Shown: piece after piece, positions 52,111 through 64,000 of the stretch | Position numbering within the stretch: the first letter of the stretch is position 1 | Layout of the letters: each line of letters begins with the position of its first letter | From: Macrostomum lignano | Taxonomy: Eukaryota | Reading direction: 5' to 3' | DNA: 64,000 nt | Assembly: GCA_002269645.1 (NCBI GenBank) | Contig: NIVC01000399.1 | Coordinates: forward strand, 124,001-188,000 | Notes under the pieces: model-generated | What the model was told of the DNA's origin: nothing | The model's database searches: none | The model's input: the letters and a program-made list of their open reading frames with translations, nothing else | Translations under genes and position numbers: made by a program

Positions 52111-53074
52111 AATCTATTTACCATTAACATACACAAGGGGATTAAAATTTGCCTGGAAATATATTAATTGATCCTAGCACTTTAATTTATCTTGCGCCTA
52201 ACGCTTAAACGAAACAGGAAAGTACCAAAATCTGTTTATGCTAATGAACAAATTAATGAAAAATTCATAATAAAAATTTTGTTTTACTATAGATACAATT
52301 ACCTAAAAAAGATGCACTTCAATAATATTTTTTGGTTATCGCAAAACATGCTATGCAATGTCGTATAATTTAAAAATGGACCAAATTCATGCACTTCAAG
52401 CGGTGTAACATGCTTGCTGGGAGTAAAAGCATATCAAAATAGGAATTATAGCACCTTAATGAAAATGGATTCAATAAACGACCAACTGCATAATCCAATT
52501 ATATAAAAATACAAATTTATTAGATAACTTAACAATAAAAACGTGCATTAAAAAAATCATGCAAAATTTAATTAATAAAAAAGTTTTGTGTCAATAATTT
52601 GGAAACCAATTATAAAATACTTACACCAAAATCGACTCCCTGAAATTAGCGAAACATTCATTTTTAATTCGCTAAATAATACAATAACTCCCATGCTATA
52701 TACAACAGTAAATTGCCTGTGTTGCTCGCCGCGGTTACTACTGAGTAGTATAGAGTGCGTGTGGAGTTCAGAAAAACAACATTTGGTGCAACAATTAGTG
52801 CAATATTTCAATATTCATGGGTGCGAATAGCCAAAGTATAGCCAAGGCTGTCAAGGAAACAAAAACAATTGGTAGAGATGCTAGGACGAGGTAGTTGTCA
52901 AGGGTGCAAAATGGTTGCTAAGGACGCCGGTTGTTATTTAAATTATGTTTTATAGGGAGCCTAGCCATCTAGAAAACTATAATAATGGAAAAATATTTAT
53001 GGCTATTAGAAACCATTAAAATATGGAATACTAAAATCTACATATGATGGTTGCCAAGGACGCCACAAATAAGT

Positions 53075-53445
53075 CACCTGGGAGACCATTAGAATAGATG
53101 GTTACCAAGAGTCAAGGACGCCACAGTCACTAGGGATACCATTTGAATGGTTGGTTACCAAGGACGGCACAAATAGTCACTAGGGATACCATTTGAATAG
53201 TTGCCAAGGACGCCATAAAATTGTCACTAGGGAAACCATTAGAATGGATGGTTGCCAAGGACGCCACAAATAAGTCACTAGGGAAACCATTAGAATGAAT
53301 GGTTTCCAAGGACGCCACAAATAAGTCACTAGGGAAACCATTAGAATGAATGGTTTCCAAGGACGCCACAAATAAGTCACTAGGGAAACCATTAGAATGA
53401 ATGGTTTCCAAGGACGCCACAAATAAGTCACTAGGGAAACCATTA
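53075..53445. repeat. 51-bp hairpin minisatellite in ANKAR intron
   Basis: ggacgccacaaataagtcactagggaaaccattagaatgaatggtttccaa; GGAAACCATT-N6-AATGGTTTCC. Confidence 0.95.
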
Positions 53446-53583
53446 GAATACATGTACATGTTTGCCAACCAAGGACGCTAGAAATGGCATCAAATGAAGC
53501 CGCTGTTGTTACGGACGCTAATTATGGTTGCTAAGATGCAGAATAATAATTGGTGACAGAATCAAAGCCCAAGGCATTCTCAC

Positions 53584-53734
53584 CTTGAGCAATTTAAGCA
53601 GGGCTTTATCAGTTTCCAATCGAATGAAAGCCTTCTGCGACATCGGGTTGCCTTCGGACAGGGCCTCAACAGCACTGGCGGCTTTCACTTGCACATTGAT
53701 ATTGCCGCGGCTTTTCAGCAGATTGACCAACGGT
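53584..53734 (-). CDS. ANKAR: ANKAR coding exon, armadillo repeat
   Basis: Acceptor attcactcAG|A. Reads PLVNLLKSRGNINVQVKAASAVEALSEGNPMSQKAFIRLETDKALLKLLK. Donor AAG|GTGAGA; 151 nt. Confidence 0.92.
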
Positions 53735-54259
53735 CTGAGTGAATAAAAACAGATTTTTTGTAAGCACCTACAATACCACTTATTGTGATATACCACAAAT
53801 ACAAAAATAACTAGATGGGCCACTCAGGCATATACATAGTAAAACAGCTTTCTACTTTCAGTTCAGTATCAAAGAAGAATATATAAGCTATTTTATAAAA
53901 TAAAGGCAGCTGGAATGACTGTGATAAGTTTAGAAGCCAAAGCTTGCAGGCGTAAACAACTTGCTAATTGGTTCAGCTACAATGTACATTGGCCAGTCCA
54001 CTGAAATGTACATGGCAGCTTTAGGCTGGAATTCCGAGAAAGGCAATAAAAATTGGGGTGGGCGGTAGATAATGAAAAGACGCGGGTGGAGGGTTTAAGC
54101 GGGGGGGGGGTAAGAGCTAATAAATGAGCCTTGGCTATTTAAATGCTTCAGTTTAACTTACTACTGAACTGAAAGTAGCTTACACGGCAAATGTGCTGAG
54201 TGGCACATCTAGTAACTTTAGTCTCTGTGTATAATATACTAAAAAACATTTCGACTTAC

Positions 54260-54353
54260 TCAACAGCTTTAGCCTTGAGCACCAGTTCCTGATTATCTGG
54301 ATTCCGTTTCGTGATGGCAGCCAAAGCGGCCGCGGCGTTGGTTTGCAGAATTT
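54260..54353 (-). CDS. ANKAR: ANKAR coding exon (94 nt, absent from ORF track), armadillo repeat
   Basis: Acceptor accacAG|AA. Reads EILQTNAAAALAAITKRNPDNQELVLKAKAVE. Donor GA|GTAAGT. Phases 1 and 2 fit both neighbouring exons. Confidence 0.88.
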
Positions 54354-55544
54354 CTGTGGTGGTTTTTTAAGAACCGTACATGTATATTAGTAATGACAAA
54401 ATGCTTATATTTCTACTGAAAGTAGAAAAATGAGGACATACTATGCTTGTTGGATTTTAGATTTAAAACTAAATAACTTTCTCACTGAGAAGGACAAGTA
54501 ATGCAAATATCCATCCTTTTACTAAATTATATATAAAAAAGCCTAAAAGTTATAAACTAAATTATTTAGTATATTTAATTACCTACTTGCTACACTTACT
54601 AAAGTACATTTACACAATTTACCTGCTGACAACAGTCAGTGGATATCTTTTCAATATCGCGAAAAGTTAATAAGTGAGATCATGCAAACTTTTTTACACT
54701 TATTATTAAAGTGCACGGCTTTTTTCATTCAGTGATGCCAGACTAGATTTTTTTCTTGTCTAAAAGGAACGGATGAACTTTAAATAAAACAGTGTTGTGT
54801 GATAACTTTTGTGCAGTGAGGATTGAGGAATCTTGACTTTTATTGCGCGCAGGCCTGCTAAAAGGTTGTTCGCGTGAAGTAAGCAAAAAACGTTTCCACC
54901 GGATCTCTGCCCCCGTCCCCCAATGTACACGCTAGACTAGGGTCTAATGTACATACCCCGGCCGGATAAACATCCCCTTCCCCCTAAATGTACAGTGTAG
55001 CAGACTCTACCCACGATGTCCGTACACTCAATTTAATTTAGACTGCAAGCATACTATTAGAACAACATAGCCTTTTTGAACTGCCGCTAGATTTTTTATT
55101 TGATGATTTTTAACAAAAGCTAAGCAAAACTGTTTTGAGACTAAGCTCTAGCGATAGCACAACGAATAACAAAACTACTTCTGATCCATTTAACTGTAGT
55201 CAATATACTAGGTAATTAAAAAAGTTTCTTTACATTCATTCAATCTTTCTCGGGCAGGATTAGAAATGATCCGTTGCGTAAATAAGCATCCGACAATAGT
55301 TATTTTCACTTTCGCTTCGATCGAAATGCATTACCAATATAAGAATTATGCACTTCCAAATATTATTTAAAGTCACCATGTGCATTGTGCAAGATGGTTT
55401 TATAAATTCATCAACGTTGATTTTTTGTAAAAAGTGTAATTATAAACAAAATCACACTTTTTCCTATGACTCCAATGTACAAGCTGTATTTATTCAAAAT
55501 TGATCTTTTTAAGTTGAACCAGTGACTAGTAAGAGATTTTGATG

Positions 55545-57175
55545 ATTTAAAGTTTTGAGCTAATCAAGTTTCGGGTTGATGCAGCTTCGAGCTAATCAAG
55601 TTTTGAGTTGATTAAACTTCGAGCTAATCAAGTTTCGGGTTGATGCAGCTTCGAGCTAATCAAGTTTTGAGTTAATGCAGCTTCGAGCTAATCAAGTTTT
55701 GAGTTGATGAAGCTTCGAGCTTATCAAGTTTTGAGTTGATGAAGCTTCGAGCTTATCAAGTTTTGATTTGATGAAGCTTCGAGCTTATCAAGTTTTGAGT
55801 TAATGAAGCTTCGAGCTTATCAAGTTTTGATTTGATGAAGCTTCGAGCTTATCAAGTTTTGAGTTAATGAAGCTTCAGGCTTATCAAGTTTTGAGTTAAT
55901 GAAGCTTCGAGCTTATGCAGTTTCGATTTGATGAAGCTTCGAGCTTATCAAGTTTTGATTTGATGAAGCTTCGAGCTTATCAAGTTTTGATTTGATGAAG
56001 CTTCGAGCTTATCAAGTTTTGAGTTAATGAAGCTTCGAGCTTATCAAGTTTTGATTTGATGAAGCTTCGAGCTTATCAAGTTTTGAGTTGATAAAGCTTC
56101 GAGCTTATCAAGTTTCGGTTGATGCAGCTTCGAGCTAATCAAGTTTTGAGTTGATGAAGCTTCGAGCTTATCAAGTTTTGATTTGATGAAGCTTCGAGCT
56201 TATCAAGTTTTGAGTTAATGAAGCTTCAGGCTTATCAAGTTTTGAGTTAATGAAGCTTCGAGCTTATGCAGTTTCGAGTTGATGAAGCTTCGAGCTTATC
56301 AAGTTTCGGTTGATGCAGCTTCGAGCTAATCAAGTTTTGAGTTGATGAAGCTTCGAGCTTATCAAGTTTTGAGTTGATAAAGCTTCGAGCTTATCAAGTT
56401 TCGGTTGATGCAGCTTCGAGCTAATCAAGTTTTGAGTTGATGAAGCTTCGAGCTTATCAAGTTTTGAGTTGATGAAGCTTCGAGCTTATCAAGTTTTGAG
56501 TTGATTAAACTTCGAGCTTATCAAGTTTTGAGTTAATTAAACTTCGAGCTTATCAAGTTTTGAGTTGATGAAAGCTTCGAGCTTATCAAGTTTTGAGTTG
56601 ATTAAACTTCGAGCTTATCAAGTTTTGAGTTAATTAAACTTCGAGCTTATCAAGTTTTGAGTTGATGAAGCTTCGAGCTTATCAAGTTTTGAGTTGATGA
56701 AGCTTCGAGCTTATCAAGTTTTGATTTGATGAAGCTTCGAGCTTATCAAGTTTTGATTTGATGAAGCTTCGAGCTTATCAAGTTTTGAGTTAATGAAGCT
56801 TCGAGCTTATCAAGTTTTGATTTGATGAAGCTTCGAGCTTATCAAGTTTTGAGTTAATGAAGCTTCAGGCTTATCAAGTTTTGAGTTAATGAAGCTTCGA
56901 GCTTATGCAGTTTCGATTTGATGAAGCTTCGAGCTTATCAAGTTTTGATTTGATGAAGCTTCGAGCTTATCAAGTTTTGATTTGATGAAGCTTCGAGCTT
57001 ATCAAGTTTTGAGTTAATGAAGCTTCGAGCTTATCAAGTTTTGATTTGATGAAGCTTCGAGCTTATCAAGTTTTGAGTTAATGAAGCTTCAGACTTATCA
57101 AGTTTTGAGTTAATGAAGCTTCGAGCTTATGCAGTTTCGATTTGATGAAGCTTCGAGCTTATCAAGTTTCAAGCT
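55545..57175. repeat. 32-bp hairpin minisatellite (~50 units) in ANKAR intron
   Basis: tcgagcttatcaagttttgagttgatgaagct; TTGAT-g-AAGCT-TCG-AGCTT-ATCAA. Confidence 0.98.
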
Positions 57176-57991
57176 TCTAGGTTGTAAAGTTTTGAGATAA
57201 TGAGAGGCCTCCATAAAATCTTTCTGCGTACGAGAATTAGAATTTCAGCTACGAATAGAAGTTGCCAATTAAGGATACATGAGGAAGCTAAATAATTCCT
57301 ATTTCGCCAATGCATTGCAAAGCGAAGCTTAACGTTCAAATAGTTCATAAAGTGGTCCTTTTAAAAAGACAAGCCCCCGTGACAACAACGCTGACGCAAA
57401 GCACACAGTAAAAGCATTTCGCCAATGCAACAAATCTGGGGTAAATTCTCAAGGCAAGGCAATGGCTGGCTTTTAGTCTGCCATGAAAAAGAAAATATTA
57501 CACTACCATGACACTCTGGCGGATAATGCTGCTTATAGAAGCAGTATCTTCTTAGCAGAGATTCGAACAGATTCACCGGATGGCACTGAGGATAATCGTG
57601 CACACATCCTGGATGATCTGCTTTTGCAGATTTTGCTGCTGCTGCTGATTCTGTTGCAGAATCTGATGACGAACTTTGCGCTGCGAATTAATATACGTTT
57701 TCAGTTGATTAATCAGTCAAAATTCTCTCTTGCACTACTTGCAGGCAGTAAAGTCTGTCTTTTAGTAAATCGTAAAAAAGAGTTTATAAAACAATCGAAA
57801 AGAACTTTTCTGCAACAAAAAACTTATTTTAGATGGAAGTAAATCAGGATTAGTAAAAGAAAGCAAATTCAATAGAACTAAACAAATAGTCATCACGTAC
57901 AACTCAAGAGATTAAAAAAGGCTTATGATAAATAATGTTAATAATCATACGATTCAAAAACATTTAAATAGGACTTGAGAATGCCAAACGG

Positions 57992-58392
57992 CCCAGCAAC
58001 AGGATCTGGGAGGCTGGCCCAGCAACAGGATCTGGGAGGCTGGCCCAGCAACAGGATCTGGGAGGCTGGCCCAGCAACTGAGGATCTGGGAGGCTGGCCC
58101 AGCAACTGAGGATCTGGGAGGCTGGCCCAGCAACAGGATCTGGGAGGCTGGCCCAGCAACAGGATCTGGGAGGCTGGCCCTGCAACTGAGGATCTGGGAG
58201 GCTGGCCCAGCAACTGAGGATCTGGGAGGCTGGCCCAGCAACTGAGGATCTGGGAGGCTGGCCCAGCAACTGAGGATCTGGGAGGCTGGCCCAGCAACTG
58301 AGGATCTGGGAGGCTGGCCCAGCAACTGAGGATCTGGGAGGCTGGCCCAGCAACTGAGGATCTGGGAGGCTGGCCCAGCAACTGAGGATCTA
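57992..58392. repeat. 28-bp minisatellite in ANKAR intron (same family as 7066-7813)
   Basis: gaggatctgggaggctggcccagcaact, plus two degenerate units to about 58456. Confidence 0.98.
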
Positions 58393-58480
58393 GTATATAG
58401 TATATAGGGCAGCCCAGCAACAAGGATCTAGTTAGTGTATTGGGCAGCCCAGCAACGAGAGACACAATGCCATCACCCAC

Positions 58481-59217
58481 CCGAGGCGCCGGCAGCCAAG
58501 AACTGCACCAGCGGCGGCACCGCTCCGCACTCGGCCACCCGCAGCTGGTTGGCCGAGTTGCCGGTGCACAGAACTCGCAGCGCGTTGACAGCGTTGCTCC
58601 GGACGTCCTCAGCAGGGGAGTCGAGCACAGCAACCAGAGGCGCCAGGCCGCCAAGCTCGGAGATGAGCGCCCTGGACTCATCGATGCAGGCCATGTCGCT
58701 GAGTACCAAGCTGGTGTTGGCCAGGATCTGAGCAGTGCCAGACGACAGCAGCTGGATAAGAATTGGCGCGGCATTGGCATCGGCTAGCGCACTTTTCACC
58801 CTGTCGTGATCGGAGATGTTCCGCAGCACCGATGTGGTGTCGCGGACCAGTTCCAGACTCTCCGAGCTAAGCGACAACAGTCGGACTAGAGCTGACACGC
58901 CGCCAGCTTCAAGGATGCAGCGCCAGTGAGTATCGTGCGATACAGACAGGCAAATCAAGCATTTGACAGCTGAGCACATGTGCTCAAGCCGGTTGCTAGC
59001 AAGCATTTCCACCAGGGTTGGCCAGACTGGCAAGTCTTCGTATGGTGATTGGATGAGCTGCTTCAGAATGTTGGTGTGCAGGTTTATAGTGGCCAGCTCG
59101 ATCACTCCGTTGCCCTCTTCATCGTGCCAGGCTCGATTTGAGCCGAGTTCGAATAGCGTCAGCAGAGACTGGAGGGCGCCCGAAGTTGCTGCTAGCAGAG
59201 TCGGCGTGGAGCGGAGA
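58481..59217 (-). CDS. ANKAR: ANKAR coding exon, last ankyrin repeats and first armadillo repeats
   Basis: Acceptor ccctctgccAG|T is phase-compatible and gives ..TKNSLRSTPTLLAATSGALQSLL..LPVWPTLVEML..WRCILEAGGVSALVRLL..; motifs match vertebrate ANKAR as recalled (TPLLLAATSGAL, LPVWKTLVEML, WRCILDAG). Donor G|GTGGGT at 58480; 737 nt. Confidence 0.93.
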
Positions 59218-59349
59218 CTGGCAGAGGGGACCGGGTCAATTGATGCGACTAATTGTTGATAATAATTCAGTTTGAGCACAGCTCTTTGCTGATTATCAAT
59301 AGTAGCTATTTTAGAAAAGAGATTAACAAAGCTCTATTATCATAGATAT

Positions 59350-60020
59350 CTACGATAATCACTGAGGATAATATACGATAATCATTGAGGATAATCTACG
59401 ATAATCACTGAGGATAATCTACGATAATCACTGAGGATAATCTACGATAATCACTGAGGATAATCTACGATAATCACTGAGGATAATCTACGACAATCAC
59501 TGAGGATAATCTACGATAATCATTGAGAATAATCTACGATAATCATTGAGAATCGATCTACGATAATCACTGAGGATAATCTAGGATAATCACTGAGGAT
59601 AATATACGATAATCACTGAGGATAATCTACGATAATCATTGAGAATAATCTACGATAATCACTGAGGATAATCTAGGATAATCACTGAGGATAATCTACG
59701 ATAATCACTGAGGATAATCTACGATAAACACTGAGGATAATCTACGATAATCACTGAGGATAATGTACAAGAATCTCTCAGGATAATCTATGATAATCTC
59801 TTAGGATAATCTACGATAATCACCGATTTTAATCTACAGTAATCACAAATGATAATCTAAGATGATCTCTCAGGATAATAAATGATAATCTCTCAGGATA
59901 ATCTACGATGATCTCTTGGGAATCTACGATGATCTCTAAAAATAATCCACAATAATCACTCTGGGTGTAGTCTACGATAATCTATCAGGGCAATCTGCGA
60001 CAATCACTGAGGATAACCCT
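59350..60020. repeat. 23-bp minisatellite filling ANKAR intron
   Basis: ctacgataatcactgaggataat. Confidence 0.95.
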
Positions 60021-60042
60021 AAGATTGGGGAGACAGACTCAC

Positions 60043-60244
60043 GAATTCTTGGTCAACAATTCCAGCAGTTCTTCGTGCTTCCGAATCATGAGTCTGAGAA
60101 CATTGGGGTGATTGAAATAGGCCGCGTGGTGCACCGCCGCCCAGCCCATGGCATCAGTAACGATCACGTTTGCGTAGCTGGCAAGAAGACAGGAGGCCAC
60201 TTCAAGGCTGCCGCACCTTGACGCCAGGTGTAATGCCGTTGGGC
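60043..60244 (-). CDS. ANKAR: ANKAR coding exon, ankyrin repeats
   Basis: Acceptor tcttttcatAG|GC. Reads GPTALHLASRCGSLEVASCLLASYANVIVTDAMGWAAVHHAAYFNHPNVLRLMIRKHEELLELLTKN. Donor TC|GTGAGT, phase 2; 202 nt. Confidence 0.93.
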
Positions 60245-60480
60245 CTATGAAAAGATAAAGATAAGAGAGCAAATTTGACGGGGTAATAAAACTGAGGCAG
60301 AACCCTTCTTGATTGCCCCACATTTAAATATAGAAACATTTGATATGAAATTGAAATTAGGATAAATATGAACACCAAAAGAAGCCGTCGGTACTCTTAC
60401 GGAACGACTTGTCTTAATATATCAATTTTCTTAAAAAATAAATGCCGTTAAGAAAATAATACGTGACCACACAAGCTGTG

Positions 60481-61438
60481 AACATCAAAGGAAGCCGCCA
60501 TGCCAGTATGATTTTGAGAACATCAAAAGAAGTCGCAAATTTAATCATGAGAACATCAAAGGAAGCTGCCGAGATACCACTAATTGTGAGGACATCAAAG
60601 GAAGCCGCCAAAGTAATTGTGAGGACATCAAAGGAAGCCGCCAAAGTAATTGTGAGGACATCAAAGGAAGCCGCCAAATTAATTGTGAGGACATCAAAGG
60701 AAGCCGCCAAAGTAATTGTGAGGACATCAAAAGAAGCCGCCGAGGTAATTGTGAGGACATCAAAGGAAGCCCCCGAGGTAATTGTGAGGACATCAAAGGA
60801 AGCCGCCGAGGTAATTGTGAGGACATCAAAGGAAGCTGCCGAGGTAAATTGTGAGGACATCAAATGAAGCTGCCGAGGTAATTGTGAGAACATCAAAGGA
60901 AGCCGCCAAAGTAATTGTGAGGACATCAAAGGAAGCCGCCAAAGTAATTGTGAGGACATCAAAGGAAGCCGCCAAATTAATTGTGAGGACATCAAAGGAA
61001 GCCGCCAAAGTAATTGTGAGGACATCAAAAGAAGCCGCCGAGGTAATTGTGAGGACATCAAAGGAAGCCCCCGAGGTAATTGTGAGGACATCAAAGGAAG
61101 CCGCCGAGGTAATTGTGAGGACATCAAAGGAAGCTGCCGAGGTAAATTGTGAGGACATCAAATGAAGCTGCCGAGGTAATTGTGAGAACATCAAAGGAAG
61201 CCGCCAAAGTAATTGTGAGGACATCAAAGGAAGCTGCCGAGGTAATTATGAGGACATCAAAGGAAGCCGCCAAAGTAATTGTGAGGACATCAAAGGAAGC
61301 CGCCAAATTAATTGTGAGGACATCAAAGGAAGCTGCCGAGGTAATTGTGAGGACATCAAAGGAAGCCGCCGAGGTAATTGTGAGGACATCAAAGGAAGCT
61401 GCCGAGGTAATTGTGAGGACATCAAAGGAAGCCGCCAA
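60481..61438. repeat. 33-bp minisatellite (~29 units) in ANKAR intron, TCF HMG+Helper-like unit
   Basis: gtaattgtgaggacatcaaaggaagccgccaaa, with a ~9-unit higher-order duplication. Confidence 0.98.
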
Positions 61439-61914
61439 AATAAATTAATTATTGACAATAATTGAAATGGCAATTATCAGAGTACAATTTCTTGATAAAT
61501 CTTTAGTAAATTTATGTTGACAGTAGCTTAGCAAAGGAATAAGATATATAATAACACACGAGCCTTAAACATAGCAGTGAATTCATGTATTAACATCAAT
61601 GTTCCTTCGTCTATTAAATTAATCATAGCTTCAGTACGGTGATAAAATGGGTTACCTATCCGGAGCTGCAACTCAGACCCTGCGTTTGAGTTAAAATAAG
61701 CAGAGAATGTGCGCAGTACAAATGCAAAGTCGATTGCATAAAACAAGCAAAGCACTGTTGTGCGAGGCGGTACAATGGTTTGGGATTTGTGCCTCGGTCT
61801 ATTCGATAGGCAGTAGGAAAGCGAAATCATTAAGCTTATATGCAATTTACTAGTTTGCCTGTTTACTAGTTGACACTAGACACCACACAGACACAGGCAC
61901 ACACCAGAACAGAC

Positions 61915-62280
<366 letters not shown>

Positions 62281-63038
62281 CATAGACAGAAAATGTCAAT
62301 ACATTAGATAGACCATAAAATTTTATACTAACAGAAGCAACTTTATTAAGTTAAGAGGCCAACTGCCTATAAGATAGATGATAGATTGTAAGGATTAAAA
62401 GAATATATTCAATAGCGAATAAAGCAAGCTTCTATAAGCAGAAGAGATCAATTGTTAAATAAATAAATGTAATAAATGCTTATAGATAAATAAGTACTCT
62501 GTGCAACAGAAACAAAAAATCCAAACTTACAGACAAAGATGCTAAGCAGCATACTGAATCCAAATAAGTGTTTCAACTCAAAATACAAGCATTCTCAGGT
62601 TTTTGGAGAAGAGTAGGGGATCTCATTCATAAAAAGTGCATTGAAGCATCAGTGAAGAATCCAACAATGGACTCTAAACAACATCTCGGGTTGATGATGA
62701 TGCAGATACGAATGCACACACACTTCAATAGAACAGAATATACACTAGTAAGAAAATATATATGGAAAATTATACAATATCAACTATCATATTGTATGTT
62801 TCTCACCGGTTCTATTCCTTTCGCCTAAAATTGGTTATCAAAAAATTTTAATTTGAGATTAAATAAACTAAAAACTGCATATAACTCGTAGACATAAAAA
62901 GTAGGAACAGACGCGCGATTAAAATGATTAATTTAAAACTGCAAAACAATTACTGTTGTTATTTGATAACATTGAGTTCTTAATGATGAAAACTGAAGGT
63001 ACTTTTTTGTTTTTTTATTAGCGACGGGAGGCTGTGTG

Positions 63039-63272
63039 CGCACAGGCACACACTCACACAGGAGTGTACAGCAGCCCTAACTTTATCTATCGTTCGTTAG
63101 GCATGTACACTTCACTGTGCCTTGGGGCCTGGGGGTTGGTCCTCTCCTAAGGCCGTTAATTGCACGAGCAGAGCCAAGCCGAGATTCCAATTTAGCCTCA
63201 AATTAATGTGACTACACTTGGAATCAAGCCTGGGCCGCTGGCACGTGATAGCACCGCGCCAGAGCAACGGCC
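63039..63272 (-). mobile_element. tRNA-derived SINE family B, copy 2 (in ANKAR intron)
   Basis: Shares cgcacaggcacacactcacacaggagtgtacagc..gttaggcatgtacacttcactg..gttaattgcacgagcagagccaag..ttggaatc.agcctggg with 15275-15506; head partly deleted. Confidence 0.75.
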
Positions 63273-63841
63273 CTCCTGAAGCCCCCTCCTGGGTCGAGTC
63301 TATATTAACAAGAGACGCAGAGAAAATCATTTAATTTCACGAATAAATTGTTAAGGGGGTAGGGGATAAGAGGGAAGGGAGTAGTCGATCTTTATGCTTT
63401 AGGCTGTACATTGTGTGTACAGTGACGAAGGGCAGAGAATTTTTTGGGGTGCGGCTCGTGCGTGCCTAAAAAGGGGAGTCGATTTTATAGTCCACGCGCC
63501 TAGAGTGTACATTAACGTAGTGGCAGAGAATATTGATTAATGTGGGGTGCCACTGCCAAGCTTATATGTACATTTTGTCGTGGAGTGAGAGCTAAAAATA
63601 GCCATGGGTAAGAGAAGATGCATAAGGGGCAAGGGAAACCCGCTGGTTTTCTATTTTTAGACTGCATGCTATCCCGAGTCCAAGAGTTCAAAGGCTTAGT
63701 CCAACCCTCGTCTAGATTTTGTTGGAATCCCTTCTAGGCCGTTGCAACTGCAATGCTCTGATGTTTTTAGTTTTTTTGGGATTTTCCGATGTACATAACA
63801 TACATAAAAAATAAATTAAAAAGCAGCAAGTAAGTTCTTAC

Positions 63842-64000
63842 CAGTAGACAGAATAGTATTATGCCTGCGCACATTCACGTCCATAGAGTTATGCAGCAGG
63901 AATGTCACAATATGCGGCTTATTGTGTACAGCGGCGTGGTGAATCAACGATAAGCCGCTTTCGTCCTGCTTGTTTAACTCGTTTTTGTGCTTGCGATACA
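63842..64000 (-). CDS. ANKAR: ANKAR coding exon (5'-truncated by window edge), ankyrin repeat
   Basis: Minus frame reads YRKHKNELNKQDESGLSLIHHAAVHNKPHIVTFLLHNSMDVNVRRHNTILST (ankyrin motif). Donor G|GTAAGA at 63841, phase 1, matches the next exon. Confidence 0.9.

Noticed and set aside
50492-52167. Three ~480-aa Cys-rich ORFs resembling repeat proteins
   Set aside because: Minisatellite inside an ANKAR intron; all frames open.
55545-57175. AGCTTATCA match to the miR-21 5' end
   Set aside because: 9-nt coincidence within a short tandem hairpin; no pre-miRNA-length stem; miR-21 is a vertebrate family.
59218-59279. Alternative upstream acceptor at 59248 for the large ANKAR exon
   Set aside because: Phase 1, incompatible with the phase-2 donor at 60043 (gives an immediate stop); the acceptor at 59217 fits.
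61655-61800. Exon-like segment (gaatAG..GGATAG|GTAACC) in ANKAR intron
   Set aside because: In the required phase it ends in TAG before the donor, with no ankyrin similarity.

Overview
Eukaryotic (metazoan) genomic DNA with no prokaryotic features. GC-rich spliced exons, short introns inflated by minisatellites and tRNA-derived SINEs suggest a free-living flatworm such as Macrostomum; this taxon call is inference only. Three protein-coding genes can be reconstructed, all on the minus strand. (1) ANKAR (ankyrin + armadillo repeat protein): 10 exons from beyond 64000 down to the stop at 44995, 5' end outside the window. (2) POP1 (RNase P/MRP subunit): 3 exons, 43590-40197, starting only about 1.4 kb after the ANKAR stop and with no genomic start codon. 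(3) The first coding exon of a protocadherin (8772-7915: signal peptide, EC1, EC2, start of EC3), whose remaining exons are not in the window. A roughly 31-kb stretch (9-40 kb) has no recognisable gene. About 45 distinct mini/microsatellite arrays fill much of the window, and most long ORFs in the track are translations of them. Two tRNA-SINE families occur as two copies each. The most interesting inferences are: POP1 may take its initiator AUG from the flatworm spliced leader, possibly in an ANKAR-POP1 operon; an intronic minisatellite is a ~29-unit array of TCF HMG + Helper sites; almost every intron carries its own, often palindromic, minisatellite, several of which spell transcription-factor sites.
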